In this document: one piece after another, positions 17,207-26,185 of the stretch
How positions within the stretch are numbered: the stretch's first letter is position 1
Layout of the letters: the number at the start of each line of letters is the position of its first letter
Source of the DNA: Candidatus Caccoplasma merdavium
GTDB taxonomy: Bacteria; Bacteroidota; Bacteroidia; Bacteroidales; UBA11471
Assembly (NCBI GenBank): GCA_018715595.1
Contig: DVLI01000026.1
Span: forward strand, 65,966 to 129,965
Direction: 5' to 3'
DNA length: 64,000 nucleotides
The notes under the pieces: model-generated
The model's database searches: none
The model's input: only the letters and a program-made list of their open reading frames with translations
What the model was told of the DNA's origin: nothing
Made by a program: the position numbers and the translations under genes

Positions 17207-17301
17207 GTATATGAGATTCCTAATAAAAAAACAGCCGTGGGTGCAGAAATAAAGTTTGGATAAAAAACCACAAAAAAATAGCGTATTACAGGATTTCTTT
17301 A

Positions 17302-17309
17302 TACATTTG
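17302..17309 (+). promoter_or_regulatory. -7 promoter box TACATTTG (kduI operon)
   Basis: Matches TAnnTTTG, 58 bp upstream of the ATG at 17367. Confidence 0.4.
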
Positions 17310-17366
17310 TAAGGCTTGTAAATTAGCCCGAGTATGGAATATTCAAATCTCAAATAAAATTTCCCT

Positions 17367-18209
17367 ATGAAAACCAATTACGAATTGCGCTATGCAGCGC
17401 ACCCCAAAGATGCCAAAAATTACGATACGGCACGTCTGCGTGAAGATTTCCTCATTCAAAATCTTTTCGTCGACAACGAAGTGAACATGGTATATTCGAT
17501 GTACGACCGTTTGGTGGTAGGCGGCGCCAAACCTGTGGGAGAGGAGCTCGTGCTCGAAGCTATCGACCCGCTGAAAGCCACTCACTTCCTGAGCCGTCGC
17601 GAATTGGGTATATTCAATGTCGGTGGAGCCGGCCGTGTGAAAGTCGATGGAAAAGTATTCGACCTCGATTTCAAGGAGGCACTCTATCTCGGTAGCGGTG
17701 ACCGCACCGTCACCTTCGAGAGCGTCGATGCTGCCAAACCCGCCAAATTCTATTTCAATTCGGCTCCGGCACACTGCAACTATCCCGACAAGAAAGTGAC
17801 CAAAGCCGATGCCGTCGTGGCCGAAATGGGTTCGCTCGAAGGTTCCAACCACCGCAACATCAATAAAATGCTCGTATGCCAAGTCCTCCCGACCTGCCAG
17901 TTGCAGATGGGTATGACCGAGTTGCAACCCGGTAGCATTTGGAACACGATGCCGGCACACACCCACAGCCGTCGTATGGAAGCCTATTTCTATTTCGAGA
18001 TCCCCGAAGGCGATGCCATTTGCCACTTTATGGGCGAACCTACCGAAACCCGCCACATTTGGATGAAAGGCGAGGAAGCCGTGCTCTCACCCGAATGGTC
18101 GATACACTCGGCGGCCGCTACCCACAATTACACCTTCATTTGGGGTATGGGCGGAGAGAACCTCGATTACGGAGACCAGGATTTCTACAAATATACCGAA
18201 CTGAAATAA
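17367..18209 (+). CDS. kduI: 5-dehydro-4-deoxy-D-glucuronate isomerase
   Basis: 280-aa cupin protein. The N-terminus [30 protein letters not shown] and metal-site histidines ([13 protein letters not shown]) are typical of KduI. Confidence 0.9.
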   Translation: MKTNYELRYAAHPKDAKNYDTARLREDFLIQNLFVDNEVNMVYSMYDRLVVGGAKPVGEELVLEAIDPLKATHFLSRRELGIFNVGGAGRVKVDGKVFDLDFKEALYLGSGDRTVTFESVDAAKPAKFYFNSAPAHCNYPDKKVTKADAVVAEMGSLEGSNHRNINKMLVCQVLPTCQLQMGMTELQPGSIWNTMPAHTHSRRMEAYFYFEIPEGDAICHFMGEPTETRHIWMKGEEAVLSPEWSIHSAAATHNYTFIWGMGGENLDYGDQDFYKYTELK

Positions 18210-18231
18210 TCACTTTTTAAAATAAACGAAT

Positions 18232-19026
18232 ATGGTAAACTTTTCATTAGAAGGAAAAATCGCTCTTGTAACAGGAGCTTCTTATGGTATAGGTTTTGCT
18301 ATCGCCAGTGGCTTTGCCAAAGCCGGTGCAACGATTGTATTCAACGACATCAAACAAGAGTTGGTCGACAAAGGACTGGCTGCTTATCAAGAAGCCGGCA
18401 TCAAAGCTCACGGCTATGTGTGCGATGTGACCAACGAAGAAAAAGTAAACGCATTGGTGGCTCAAATCGAGAAAGAAGTGGGTACAATCGACATATTGGT
18501 AAACAATGCCGGTATCATCAAACGTATCCCCATGATTGAAATGACGGCTGCCGAGTTCCGTCAGGTCATCGATGTAGACCTTAATGCTCCTTTCATCGTG
18601 GCCAAAGCCGTTATCCCCTCGATGATAAAGAAAGGTCATGGCAAGATTATCAACATCTGTTCCATGATGAGCGAACTGGGTCGCGAAACTGTTTCGGCCT
18701 ATGCTGCCGCCAAAGGCGGTCTCAAAATGCTCACCCGCAACATCGCATCGGAATATGGCGAATACAACATTCAATGTAATGGCATTGGCCCGGGTTACAT
18801 TGCCACCCCGCAAACCGCGCCTCTGCGTGAGCGTCAGGCCGACGGCTCTCGTCATCCCTTCGATGCATTTATCGTAGCCAAAACTCCTGCCGCCCGCTGG
18901 GGTACCCCCGAAGACTTGGTAGGTCCCGCCGTATTCTTGGCATCGGAAGCCTCTGACTTCGTAAACGGCCATGTGCTCTATGTCGATGGCGGTATCTTGG
19001 CTTATATCGGAAAACAACCCAAATAA
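18232..19026 (+). CDS. kduD: 2-dehydro-3-deoxy-D-gluconate 5-dehydrogenase / gluconate 5-dehydrogenase family SDR
   Basis: SDR motifs TGASYGIGFA, NNAGII and YAAAKGG. It lies immediately downstream of kduI. Confidence 0.75.
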   Translation: MVNFSLEGKIALVTGASYGIGFAIASGFAKAGATIVFNDIKQELVDKGLAAYQEAGIKAHGYVCDVTNEEKVNALVAQIEKEVGTIDILVNNAGIIKRIPMIEMTAAEFRQVIDVDLNAPFIVAKAVIPSMIKKGHGKIINICSMMSELGRETVSAYAAAKGGLKMLTRNIASEYGEYNIQCNGIGPGYIATPQTAPLRERQADGSRHPFDAFIVAKTPAARWGTPEDLVGPAVFLASEASDFVNGHVLYVDGGILAYIGKQPK

Positions 19027-19038
19027 ACAATCAGTCTC

Positions 19039-20286
19039 ATGTCGAAAATAAAAAATCTCTTTTTGGGGGCGTTCATCGTGTTGTTGGCGACTTCGTGTGC
19101 CGGCGACGGTGTGAAAGTGGCTGTGGAAAACACAACCGCGTTGGAACGTCAGAATGAAATGATAGAGGTGAATATGGACGATGTTGCAGCACGTTTGCAG
19201 TTGGCCGACACGGCCCAGGTCATCGTGCTCGATGCCACAGGCAATCAGTTGCCCTATCAAATCACCTACGATGGCAAACTCATCTTCCAAGCCTCGGTGG
19301 CACCCAATGCGACATCGGTCTATACGATAAAAGTGGGTACACCCGAAGTGGTCGAGGTTTTGGCTTGCGGCCGTCAGTATCCCGAACGTGTCGATGACAT
19401 CGCTTGGGAAAACGACCTCACCGCATACCGCATGTATGGCCCGGCCTTGCAGGCAACCGGTGAGCGCGCATTCGGATATGATGTTTGGGTGAAATCGGTC
19501 AAGGAACCCGTTGTCGAAGCCCGTTATGCCTCGGAACTCAACCCTGAGACCATGGAGCAAATCGCCAAATTGAGAAAGACCAATCCCCAAGCAGCCGATG
19601 AGCTCTATCGCTCGGTATCTTATCATGTCGACCACGGAAACGGCCTCGATTGCTACAAAGTGGGCCCGACGCTGGGTGGTGGCGCTACCGCACTTGTTGT
19701 CGATGGCGAAATCGTTTATCCCTATTGCTACAAAACCTACGAGATTCTCGATAACGGCCCGTTGCGCTTTACGGTAAAAGCCGTTTATAATCCCGAGAAT
19801 ATCAAGGGCAATGACGTGGTAGAGACTCGCATCATATCGCTCGATGCCGGTTCGCAACTCAACAAGACCGTCGTTACTTATGACAATTTGGCTGCTCCTA
19901 CCACCGTAGTGGCCGGAGTCGTGCTCCACAATCCGCTCGATGAGTGCCGTTACATAGCCAGTGCCGAAGATGGATACCTGGCCTATGCCGACCCCACCGA
20001 CAATGTCAATAACAACAACGGAACCATCTATGTGGGTTGTGTCTTCCCCGAAGCCATAACCGAGGCTAAGCCTGTCATGTATGAAGAACCCGAAAAGACT
20101 GAACTTCGCGGCGGTGCCGACGGTCAGCTCCTTGCTTATACCGAATATGCTCCCGGTAGCGAACTTGTGTACTACTGGGGTTCGGGTTGGAGCAAATACG
20201 GCTTTGACACCGATGAGGCTTGGAACACCTACATACAAAATGCTGCTGTGGCCAAAAGAAATCCCTTGAAAGTGACTTTGAAATAA
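19039..20286 (+). CDS. DUF4861-like lipoprotein (pectin/uronate context)
   Basis: Lipobox LLATSC. 415 aa and co-directional, 12 bp after kduD. The DUF4861 assignment is from memory of the kduI-kduD neighbourhood in Bacteroides and is not verified. Confidence 0.55.
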   Translation: MSKIKNLFLGAFIVLLATSCAGDGVKVAVENTTALERQNEMIEVNMDDVAARLQLADTAQVIVLDATGNQLPYQITYDGKLIFQASVAPNATSVYTIKVGTPEVVEVLACGRQYPERVDDIAWENDLTAYRMYGPALQATGERAFGYDVWVKSVKEPVVEARYASELNPETMEQIAKLRKTNPQAADELYRSVSYHVDHGNGLDCYKVGPTLGGGATALVVDGEIVYPYCYKTYEILDNGPLRFTVKAVYNPENIKGNDVVETRIISLDAGSQLNKTVVTYDNLAAPTTVVAGVVLHNPLDECRYIASAEDGYLAYADPTDNVNNNNGTIYVGCVFPEAITEAKPVMYEEPEKTELRGGADGQLLAYTEYAPGSELVYYWGSGWSKYGFDTDEAWNTYIQNAAVAKRNPLKVTLK

Positions 20287-20318
20287 TCCACACACATTTT
20301 TACGGCTTGTGAATGAAG

Positions 20319-20353
20319 GTTCCCTGCAAATCATTTTGCAGGGAACTTTTTTT
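20319..20353 (+). terminator. intrinsic terminator after the kdu operon
   Basis: GTTCCCTGCAAA-TCAT-TTTGCAGGGAAC followed by TTTTTTT. Confidence 0.8.
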
Positions 20354-20418
20354 GAAACGGCTAAGACCGAGAATGATACAAATCTTTATTTTTGTGAGAT
20401 ATCTTGACGAGATTTTGT

Positions 20419-20426
20419 TACCTTTG
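20419..20426 (+). promoter_or_regulatory. -7 promoter box TACCTTTG (purU-his operon)
   Basis: Matches TAnnTTTG, 31 bp upstream of the ATG at 20457. A second match, TATTTTTG, is at 20387-20394. Confidence 0.45.
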
Positions 20427-20456
20427 TCGTCGAAATATATTTATTGTATACGAAAA

Positions 20457-21332
20457 ATGACAAAAAACATATCGAAACCGAGTAAAAATGCCATATTGCT
20501 GATGCACTGTCCCGACCAGTCGGGAATCGTGGCCGTCGTTACCGATTTTATCAATATCAATGGCGGAAATATTCTCTACCTCGACCAGTATGTCGATCGC
20601 GAGAATCGCATCTTCTTCATGCGCATAGAATGGGATTTGAGCCAGTTTATCATTCCCGAAGACAAAATCGATGACTACTTCCACAAGCTCTGTGCCCAAA
20701 AGTATGACATCAATTTCAGCCTGTATTTCAGCGACCGGGTGCCTCGCATGGCCATTTTCGTCTCGAAAATGTCGCATTGCCTCTATGACCTGTTGGCTCG
20801 TTACACGGCCGGCGAATGGGAGGTTGAAATACCCCTTATCGTGAGCAATCACCCCGACATGGAGATTGCCGCCAAACGTTTCGGTATCGATTATAAATAT
20901 TTTCCCATCACCAAAGAAAACAAAGCCGAGCAAGAGGCGGCCGAGCTGGCTCTTCTCAAAGAATACGATATTGAGTTTATCGTGCTGGCTCGCTACATGC
21001 AGATTGTCTCGCCCGAGTTTATCGCTCAATATCCCAACCGCATCATCAACATACACCATTCGTTTCTGCCGGCCTTTATTGGGGCCAAGCCTTATCATGC
21101 GGCCTTCGAGCGTGGCGTGAAACTTATCGGGGCAACCAGCCACTATGTCACAAACGACCTCGATGCCGGTCCCATAATCGAGCAAGACATTACCCGCATT
21201 TCGCACAAAGACCCCGTTGCCAGTCTCATACGCAAAGGTCGTGATTTGGAGAAAATCGTCTTGTCGCGCGCCGTCGAAAAACATATCGAGCGTAAAATCC
21301 TCGTATATCAAAACAAAACCGTTGTCTTTTAG
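20457..21332 (+). CDS. purU: formyltetrahydrofolate deformylase
   Basis: The track ORF is trimmed to MTKNISKPSKNAILLMHCPDQSGIVA (ACT domain), because the upstream 48 codons run through a terminator and promoter. The formyltransferase core carries HHSFLPAF and GATSHYVTNDLDAGPII. Confidence 0.88.
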   Translation: MTKNISKPSKNAILLMHCPDQSGIVAVVTDFININGGNILYLDQYVDRENRIFFMRIEWDLSQFIIPEDKIDDYFHKLCAQKYDINFSLYFSDRVPRMAIFVSKMSHCLYDLLARYTAGEWEVEIPLIVSNHPDMEIAAKRFGIDYKYFPITKENKAEQEAAELALLKEYDIEFIVLARYMQIVSPEFIAQYPNRIINIHHSFLPAFIGAKPYHAAFERGVKLIGATSHYVTNDLDAGPIIEQDITRISHKDPVASLIRKGRDLEKIVLSRAVEKHIERKILVYQNKTVVF

Positions 21333-21340
21333 TCACTGCT

Positions 21341-21931
21341 ATGCAAGTCGCAATTGTCAAATACAACGCCGGAAACATCTATTCGGTCGATTGTGCATTG
21401 AGGCGTGTGGGAGTCGAGCCCACACTCACCGATGACAAAGAGACGCTCATGGCGGCCGACAAGGTGATATTCCCCGGCGTAGGAGAGGCTGCCACGACGA
21501 TGGCCTATCTCAAAGCCCGTGGGCTGGACCGATTGATTTGTGACCTGAAACAACCCGTTTTGGGCATCTGCATCGGCATGCAGCTCATGTGCCGCCACTC
21601 CGAAGAAGGAGATGTCGATTGCTTGGGTATTTTCGATGCCGATGTGAAACGTTTTCGCCCCGAAAATCACGAGCAAAAGGTGCCTCACATGGGCTGGAAC
21701 ACGGTCACGGCGGTCGATAAGCAGATGTTCCCGGCCACTCTCGAAGGGCAGTATGTCTATTTTGTGCACAGCTATTATGTGCCGTTGACACCATATACAA
21801 CAGCCGTTACCGATTACATACGGCCTTTCAGTGCTGCGCTGCATCGCGACAATTTCTATGCTACCCAGTTCCACATCGAAAAGAGCGGTACCGTAGGAGA
21901 AACCATATTCAACCATTTTTTATCGCTTTAA
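21341..21931 (+). CDS. hisH: imidazole glycerol phosphate synthase, glutamine amidotransferase subunit
   Basis: 196 aa with the GICIGMQL nucleophile elbow and the ATQFHIEKS catalytic His/Glu region. Confidence 0.92.
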   Translation: MQVAIVKYNAGNIYSVDCALRRVGVEPTLTDDKETLMAADKVIFPGVGEAATTMAYLKARGLDRLICDLKQPVLGICIGMQLMCRHSEEGDVDCLGIFDADVKRFRPENHEQKVPHMGWNTVTAVDKQMFPATLEGQYVYFVHSYYVPLTPYTTAVTDYIRPFSAALHRDNFYATQFHIEKSGTVGETIFNHFLSL

Positions 21932-21934
21932 AAG

Positions 21935-22654
21935 ATGATAGAACTCATTCCCGCCATAGATATTATCGACGGTAAATGCGTACGATTGTCGCAAGGCGAC
22001 TATGCCAGCAAGAAAGTCTATAATGAGGACCCGCTCGAAGTGGCGAAAATGTTTGAAGACAATGGGCTGAAACGTTTGCATGTGGTCGATCTCGACGGTG
22101 CCAAGGCTCAGCATATCGTCAATTACAGGACTCTCGAAACCTTGGCTTCGCACACGTCGCTGACGATTGATTTCGGCGGTGGTCTCAAAAGTGACGAAGA
22201 CTTGAAAATCGCATTTGATAGCGGAGCGCAGATGGTAACCGGAGGTAGTATTGCCGTGAAACGACCGTCGGTGTTCGAGGGTTGGGTGGCTCGCTACGGT
22301 GCCGACCGCATCATTCTAGGCGCTGATGTGAAAGATAAGAAAATTGCCGTTGGAGGCTGGTTGGAGGCGTCGGAATGTGACCTATTTTCGTTTGTCTCGG
22401 ACTATTGCCAAAAAGGGGTCAAAAAAGTCATAACAACCGACATTGCCCAAGACGGAATGTTGCAAGGCCCGTCGACGGCTCTCTATGAAGAAATGTTGCA
22501 GAAACTCCCCGACATCTACCTCATTGCCAGTGGCGGGGTAAGCCGTGTCGACGACATCGTATCGCTCGATGAGTTGGGGGTGCAAGGTGTCATCTTCGGG
22601 AAAGCCATATATGAAGGGCGCATCGCATTGCGCGATTTACGTCGATTCCTCTAA
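21935..22654 (+). CDS. hisA: ProFAR isomerase
   Basis: 239 aa with [25 protein letters not shown] and [11 protein letters not shown]. Confidence 0.92.
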   Translation: MIELIPAIDIIDGKCVRLSQGDYASKKVYNEDPLEVAKMFEDNGLKRLHVVDLDGAKAQHIVNYRTLETLASHTSLTIDFGGGLKSDEDLKIAFDSGAQMVTGGSIAVKRPSVFEGWVARYGADRIILGADVKDKKIAVGGWLEASECDLFSFVSDYCQKGVKKVITTDIAQDGMLQGPSTALYEEMLQKLPDIYLIASGGVSRVDDIVSLDELGVQGVIFGKAIYEGRIALRDLRRFL

Positions 22655-22673
22655 TACCAAATAACTTACTCGT

Positions 22674-23831
22674 ATGAACAAGAAAAACACATTATCGCTT
22701 TCATTCTGTGCGACGCTTCTCCTCTCACTCGTGTCGAGTTGTACACCCAAAGAACATCGAGATGGAATTGTGCTCGAAGAGTTCCTGTATGAGCAGGCCG
22801 ATTTTCCCTCGTGTCATTCCGTGACCCTTGTCGAACTCGCGAATGGTGATTTGTTGGCTACCTATTTTGGCGGCACTTACGAGCGGCACCCCGATGTCGA
22901 AATACGCCTGCAACGCAAGACCCCCGATGGCGTGTGGTCGGCACCTCAAAGTGTGGCCACGGGCATTCAGAATGACACGTTGCGTTATCCGACATGGAAT
23001 CCGGTTATCTTCCAACCTCGTGGAGGCGACCTCATGCTCTATTACAAAGTGGGGCCCAATCCCCGGGAATGGTGGGGCGAATATATCACATCGAGTGACA
23101 ATGGATATTCGTGGAGCGCTCCCAAACGGATTGAGCTCCCGTTGCTGGGCCCCATCAAGAATAAACCCATACAACTTGCCGATGGTACCCTGATTTCGGG
23201 GTCGAGCGACGAAAGCCATGGCTGGCGGGCACATGTCGAACGCAGTACCGATGGCGGCAAGACATGGGAATTTATCGGCCCGTTAAACGATGGAAAAGAG
23301 GTGGCGGCCATACAGCCCACATTCCTCCAACATGGGGGAGACACGTTGCAGATGCTGTGCCGTACCAATGGAAAAGACGACAACCAATATATCGTGCAAG
23401 CCTGGTCCTACGATGCCGGAAAGACGTGGACCGAAATGTCCGATACGCAATTGCCCAATAACAATTCGGGAATCGATGCTGTCACTTTGAGAGACGGTCG
23501 CCATCTCCTTATCTATAACCACTCCACGCGTGATGAGGAAAATTTGGGACACAAGGGGCGTGGCGTCATCAATTTGGCTCTGAGCCATGACGGCGTGAAC
23601 TGGGAAGCCGCCTTGGTTCTCGATTACATTGTTCAACCCGAGAAGCAATATTCCTATCCCTCTATAATTCAGACGGCCGACGGCCTCGTGCATATTGTCT
23701 ATACATGGCATCGCGAACGCATCAAACATGTGGTTGTCGATCCTGACAAGTTGGTTACCTATCCCATTGTCGATGGCGTATGGCCTGCCGACAAAGTGCC
23801 TCTTGTCGAGTCGCCCGTCGACGCGTTGTAG
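22674..23831 (+). CDS. BNR/Asp-box beta-propeller lipoprotein (sialidase-like; substrate unknown)
   Basis: Lipobox LVSSC. It has repeated Asp-box-like motifs (SSDNGYSW, STDGGKTW, SYDAGKTW, SHDGVNW) spaced ~50-60 aa apart, and a C-terminal YSYPSIIQTADGLVHIVYTW typical of the sialidase-fold BNR_2 family. Confidence 0.8.
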   Translation: MNKKNTLSLSFCATLLLSLVSSCTPKEHRDGIVLEEFLYEQADFPSCHSVTLVELANGDLLATYFGGTYERHPDVEIRLQRKTPDGVWSAPQSVATGIQNDTLRYPTWNPVIFQPRGGDLMLYYKVGPNPREWWGEYITSSDNGYSWSAPKRIELPLLGPIKNKPIQLADGTLISGSSDESHGWRAHVERSTDGGKTWEFIGPLNDGKEVAAIQPTFLQHGGDTLQMLCRTNGKDDNQYIVQAWSYDAGKTWTEMSDTQLPNNNSGIDAVTLRDGRHLLIYNHSTRDEENLGHKGRGVINLALSHDGVNWEAALVLDYIVQPEKQYSYPSIIQTADGLVHIVYTWHRERIKHVVVDPDKLVTYPIVDGVWPADKVPLVESPVDAL

Positions 23832-23934
23832 CAAAAGGGCCCCCTCTTTTGCCGATGTAAAAGAGCCCGATTCCTCGTGAAAGTTAAGTTCTTATTTTTC
23901 ACGGGAGATATGAGGCCGAACGAAAAAGAAGTTG

Positions 23935-23942
23935 TATTTTTG
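23935..23942 (+). promoter_or_regulatory. -7 promoter box TATTTTTG (internal promoter for hisF-hisIE-ftsE)
   Basis: Matches TAnnTTTG inside the 203-bp gap after the BNR gene, 93 bp upstream of the hisF ATG. Confidence 0.4.
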
Positions 23943-24034
23943 TCTTTCATTCGGGCATAATTTGTCAGGAATAGCCCGACAATCCTCCCAACCCGAATGA
24001 GGGATATGAGTTGTCCGCCAAAGGAAAAAAGATT

Positions 24035-24790
24035 ATGTTAGCAAAACGCATTGTACCCTGCCTCGATGTAAAAGACGGAAAAACCGTAAAAGGGGTGAAT
24101 TTTGTCAATTTCAGAGATGCCGGTGACCCGGTGGAACTGGGACAGGTTTATAGCGAGCAAGGTGCCGACGAATTGGTCTATCTCGATATTACAGCTTCCC
24201 ACGAGGGCCGTAAGACGTTTACCGATTTGGTACGTCGGGTGGCAGCCCACGTGAGCATTCCTTTCACGGTGGGAGGGGGTATCAATGAACTGAGTGACGT
24301 GGACCGTTTGTTAAATGCCGGAGCCGACAAAGTCTCCATCAATTCATCGGCCTTGAAAAATCCCGGCTTGATTGGCGAGATTGCAAAGAACTTCGGCTCA
24401 CAAGTGTGTGTGGTCGCCATCGATGCCAATTGGGAGGCGAACGGCTGGCGCTGTTATCGCAGCGGCGGACGCGTTCCCACCGATAAGGAACTTTTTTCTT
24501 GGGCACGGGAGGCGCAAGAACGCGGCGCGGGAGAGATACTCTTCACCAGCATGACCCACGATGGTGTGAAGACGGGCTATGCCAACGAAGCTCTTGCACA
24601 CCTGCATGACTTGCTCGACATACCGGTCATCGCATCGGGTGGAGCCGGTGCGAAGGAGCACTTTCGCGACGCATTCCTCGCGGGAAAAGCCGATGCCGCT
24701 TTGGCTGCCAGCGTGTTTCATTTTGGCGAAATATCCATTCCCGAGTTGAAAGCCTATCTCGCAAAAGAAAATATTTGTGTAAGAATATAA
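24035..24790 (+). CDS. hisF: imidazole glycerol phosphate synthase, cyclase subunit
   Basis: Trimmed to [20 protein letters not shown], dropping the track's TTG start. [11 protein letters not shown] and IASGGAG are present. Confidence 0.93.
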   Translation: MLAKRIVPCLDVKDGKTVKGVNFVNFRDAGDPVELGQVYSEQGADELVYLDITASHEGRKTFTDLVRRVAAHVSIPFTVGGGINELSDVDRLLNAGADKVSINSSALKNPGLIGEIAKNFGSQVCVVAIDANWEANGWRCYRSGGRVPTDKELFSWAREAQERGAGEILFTSMTHDGVKTGYANEALAHLHDLLDIPVIASGGAGAKEHFRDAFLAGKADAALAASVFHFGEISIPELKAYLAKENICVRI

Positions 24791-24802
24791 TATCGAAAAA
24801 AT

Positions 24803-25399
24803 ATGGAACTCGATTTTGACAAGATGGGCGGGCTTATTCCCGCCATTGTTCAGGATAATTGCACGGGCAAGGTCCTGATGCTGGGATTCATGAACAAAGA
24901 AGCCTATGACAAAACCTTGGAAATAGGCAAAGTAACCTTTTTCAGCCGTACCAAAAACCGTCTGTGGACCAAAGGCGAGGAGAGCGGCCATTTTTTGAAC
25001 GTGTGTTCTATCCTGGTCGATTGTGACGCCGACACGCTTTTGATAAAAGCCAATCCCGTAGGGCCGGTATGCCACACCGGTAGCGATACTTGTTTCAACG
25101 AGAAAAACGATGCCGATTTTTACTTCATACAGTACCTGCAAGACTTTATCGACCGCCGCAAGGCCGAGATGCCCGAAGGTTCTTATACGACATCGCTCTT
25201 CAAGAAAGGGGTGAACCGCATGGCTCAAAAGGTGGGCGAAGAAGCCGTCGAGACGGTTATCGAAGCCACCAACGGTACTCGTGAAGGTTTTATCTATGAA
25301 GCCTCAGACTTGATATATCACCTGATTGTACTGCTGACCTCCAAAGGGTTGCGCATGGAAGACTTGGCCCGCGAACTCAAAAGCCGCCACAAAGAATAA
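24803..25399 (+). CDS. hisIE: bifunctional phosphoribosyl-AMP cyclohydrolase / phosphoribosyl-ATP pyrophosphatase
   Basis: The N-terminal HisI half (FFSRTKNRLWTKGEESGH, CHTGSDTCF) is fused to a C-terminal HisE half (KVGEEAVETVIEA, DLIYHLIVLL). Confidence 0.92.
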   Translation: MELDFDKMGGLIPAIVQDNCTGKVLMLGFMNKEAYDKTLEIGKVTFFSRTKNRLWTKGEESGHFLNVCSILVDCDADTLLIKANPVGPVCHTGSDTCFNEKNDADFYFIQYLQDFIDRRKAEMPEGSYTTSLFKKGVNRMAQKVGEEAVETVIEATNGTREGFIYEASDLIYHLIVLLTSKGLRMEDLARELKSRHKE

Positions 25400-25408
25400 T
25401 CTCCCGTT

Positions 25409-26101
25409 ATGGAAAAGCTGCAACTCATCAATTATCGCCAAGTCGAAATTTGCCGCAACGAGCAAGTGGTATTGCAAGATGCCGATTTTGAACTGTACAG
25501 CGGCGAATTTGTCTATCTGATAGGTCGTGTGGGCAGCGGAAAAAGCACATTGTTGAAGACCATCTATGCCGAAGTGCCCATACACGACGGCAAAGCGACG
25601 GTGTTCGACTTGGATATGCGCAAGATACGTCGTCGTTCCATACCCTATTTGCGTCGTAAGATAGGAATCGTATTTCAAGACTTTCAACTCCTGACCGACC
25701 GCTCTGTGCAGAAAAATCTCGAATTCGTGTTACGGGCTACCGGCTGGAAAGACAAGAAAGCCATAGCCGAGCGCATCGAAAAAATACTCCGTCAAGTAGG
25801 AATGGAAAATAAAGCCTATCGCATGCCCCATGAACTTTCGGGCGGAGAGCAGCAACGCATCGTCATCGCGCGTGCCCTGCTCAATTCACCCGAGATTATT
25901 CTGGCCGACGAGCCTACCGGGAACCTCGACCCGCAGACCGGCAAGCAGATTGTCGCCCTGCTTCATGAGATATGCCATGAAGGAACGGCGGTTGTGATGA
26001 CGACCCATAATCATTATCTCGTCAAGGAGTTTCCGGGACGTGTGTTGCTCTGCCATGAGAAGCACATTACCGATATTACCGATACGATTCCCACAAAGTG
26101 A
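25409..26101 (+). CDS. ftsE: FtsE-like ABC transporter ATP-binding protein
   Basis: Walker [13 protein letters not shown] signature LSGGEQQR and Walker [12 protein letters not shown]. 230 aa. No ftsX is adjacent. Confidence 0.75.
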   Translation: MEKLQLINYRQVEICRNEQVVLQDADFELYSGEFVYLIGRVGSGKSTLLKTIYAEVPIHDGKATVFDLDMRKIRRRSIPYLRRKIGIVFQDFQLLTDRSVQKNLEFVLRATGWKDKKAIAERIEKILRQVGMENKAYRMPHELSGGEQQRIVIARALLNSPEIILADEPTGNLDPQTGKQIVALLHEICHEGTAVVMTTHNHYLVKEFPGRVLLCHEKHITDITDTIPTK

Positions 26102-26133
26102 CGCCGAAATGCTGAAATTATGATAAATCGTTA

Positions 26134-26141
26134 TATCTTTG
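26134..26141 (+). promoter_or_regulatory. -7 promoter box TATCTTTG (lysC-lysA)
   Basis: Matches TAnnTTTG, 45 bp upstream of the ATG at 26186. Confidence 0.45.
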
Positions 26142-26185
26142 CAGTGCAATATTCAAAAAAGAAACAATAAATATCGAAATAAGAA

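Noticed and set aside
18247-20334. 695-aa ORF on the minus strand spanning kduD, the intergenic gap and the DUF4861 gene
   Set aside because: It is entirely antisense to two well-supported plus-strand genes with clear motifs. The translated sequence is low-information (rich in G/V/D/I/F/H), has no recognisable domain, and runs through a gene boundary. It is a shadow ORF caused by the codon bias of the sense genes.
20313-20456. N-terminal extensions of track ORFs. Examples are purU from 20313, lysA from 27510, glmM from 46517, mazG to 44966, PAP2 to 55120, miaA to 56109, GH78 to 35370 and the 4-TM protein to 42035.
   Set aside because: The extensions run through terminators, promoter boxes or the preceding gene. 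Internal ATGs give canonical N-termini or signal peptides, so the shorter coordinates were used.
23832-23860. GCAAAAGGGCCCCCTCTTTTGC hairpin right after the BNR gene, as a terminator
   Set aside because: The stem is short and imperfect with no T run. It may reduce read-through into hisF, but I cannot support calling it a terminator.
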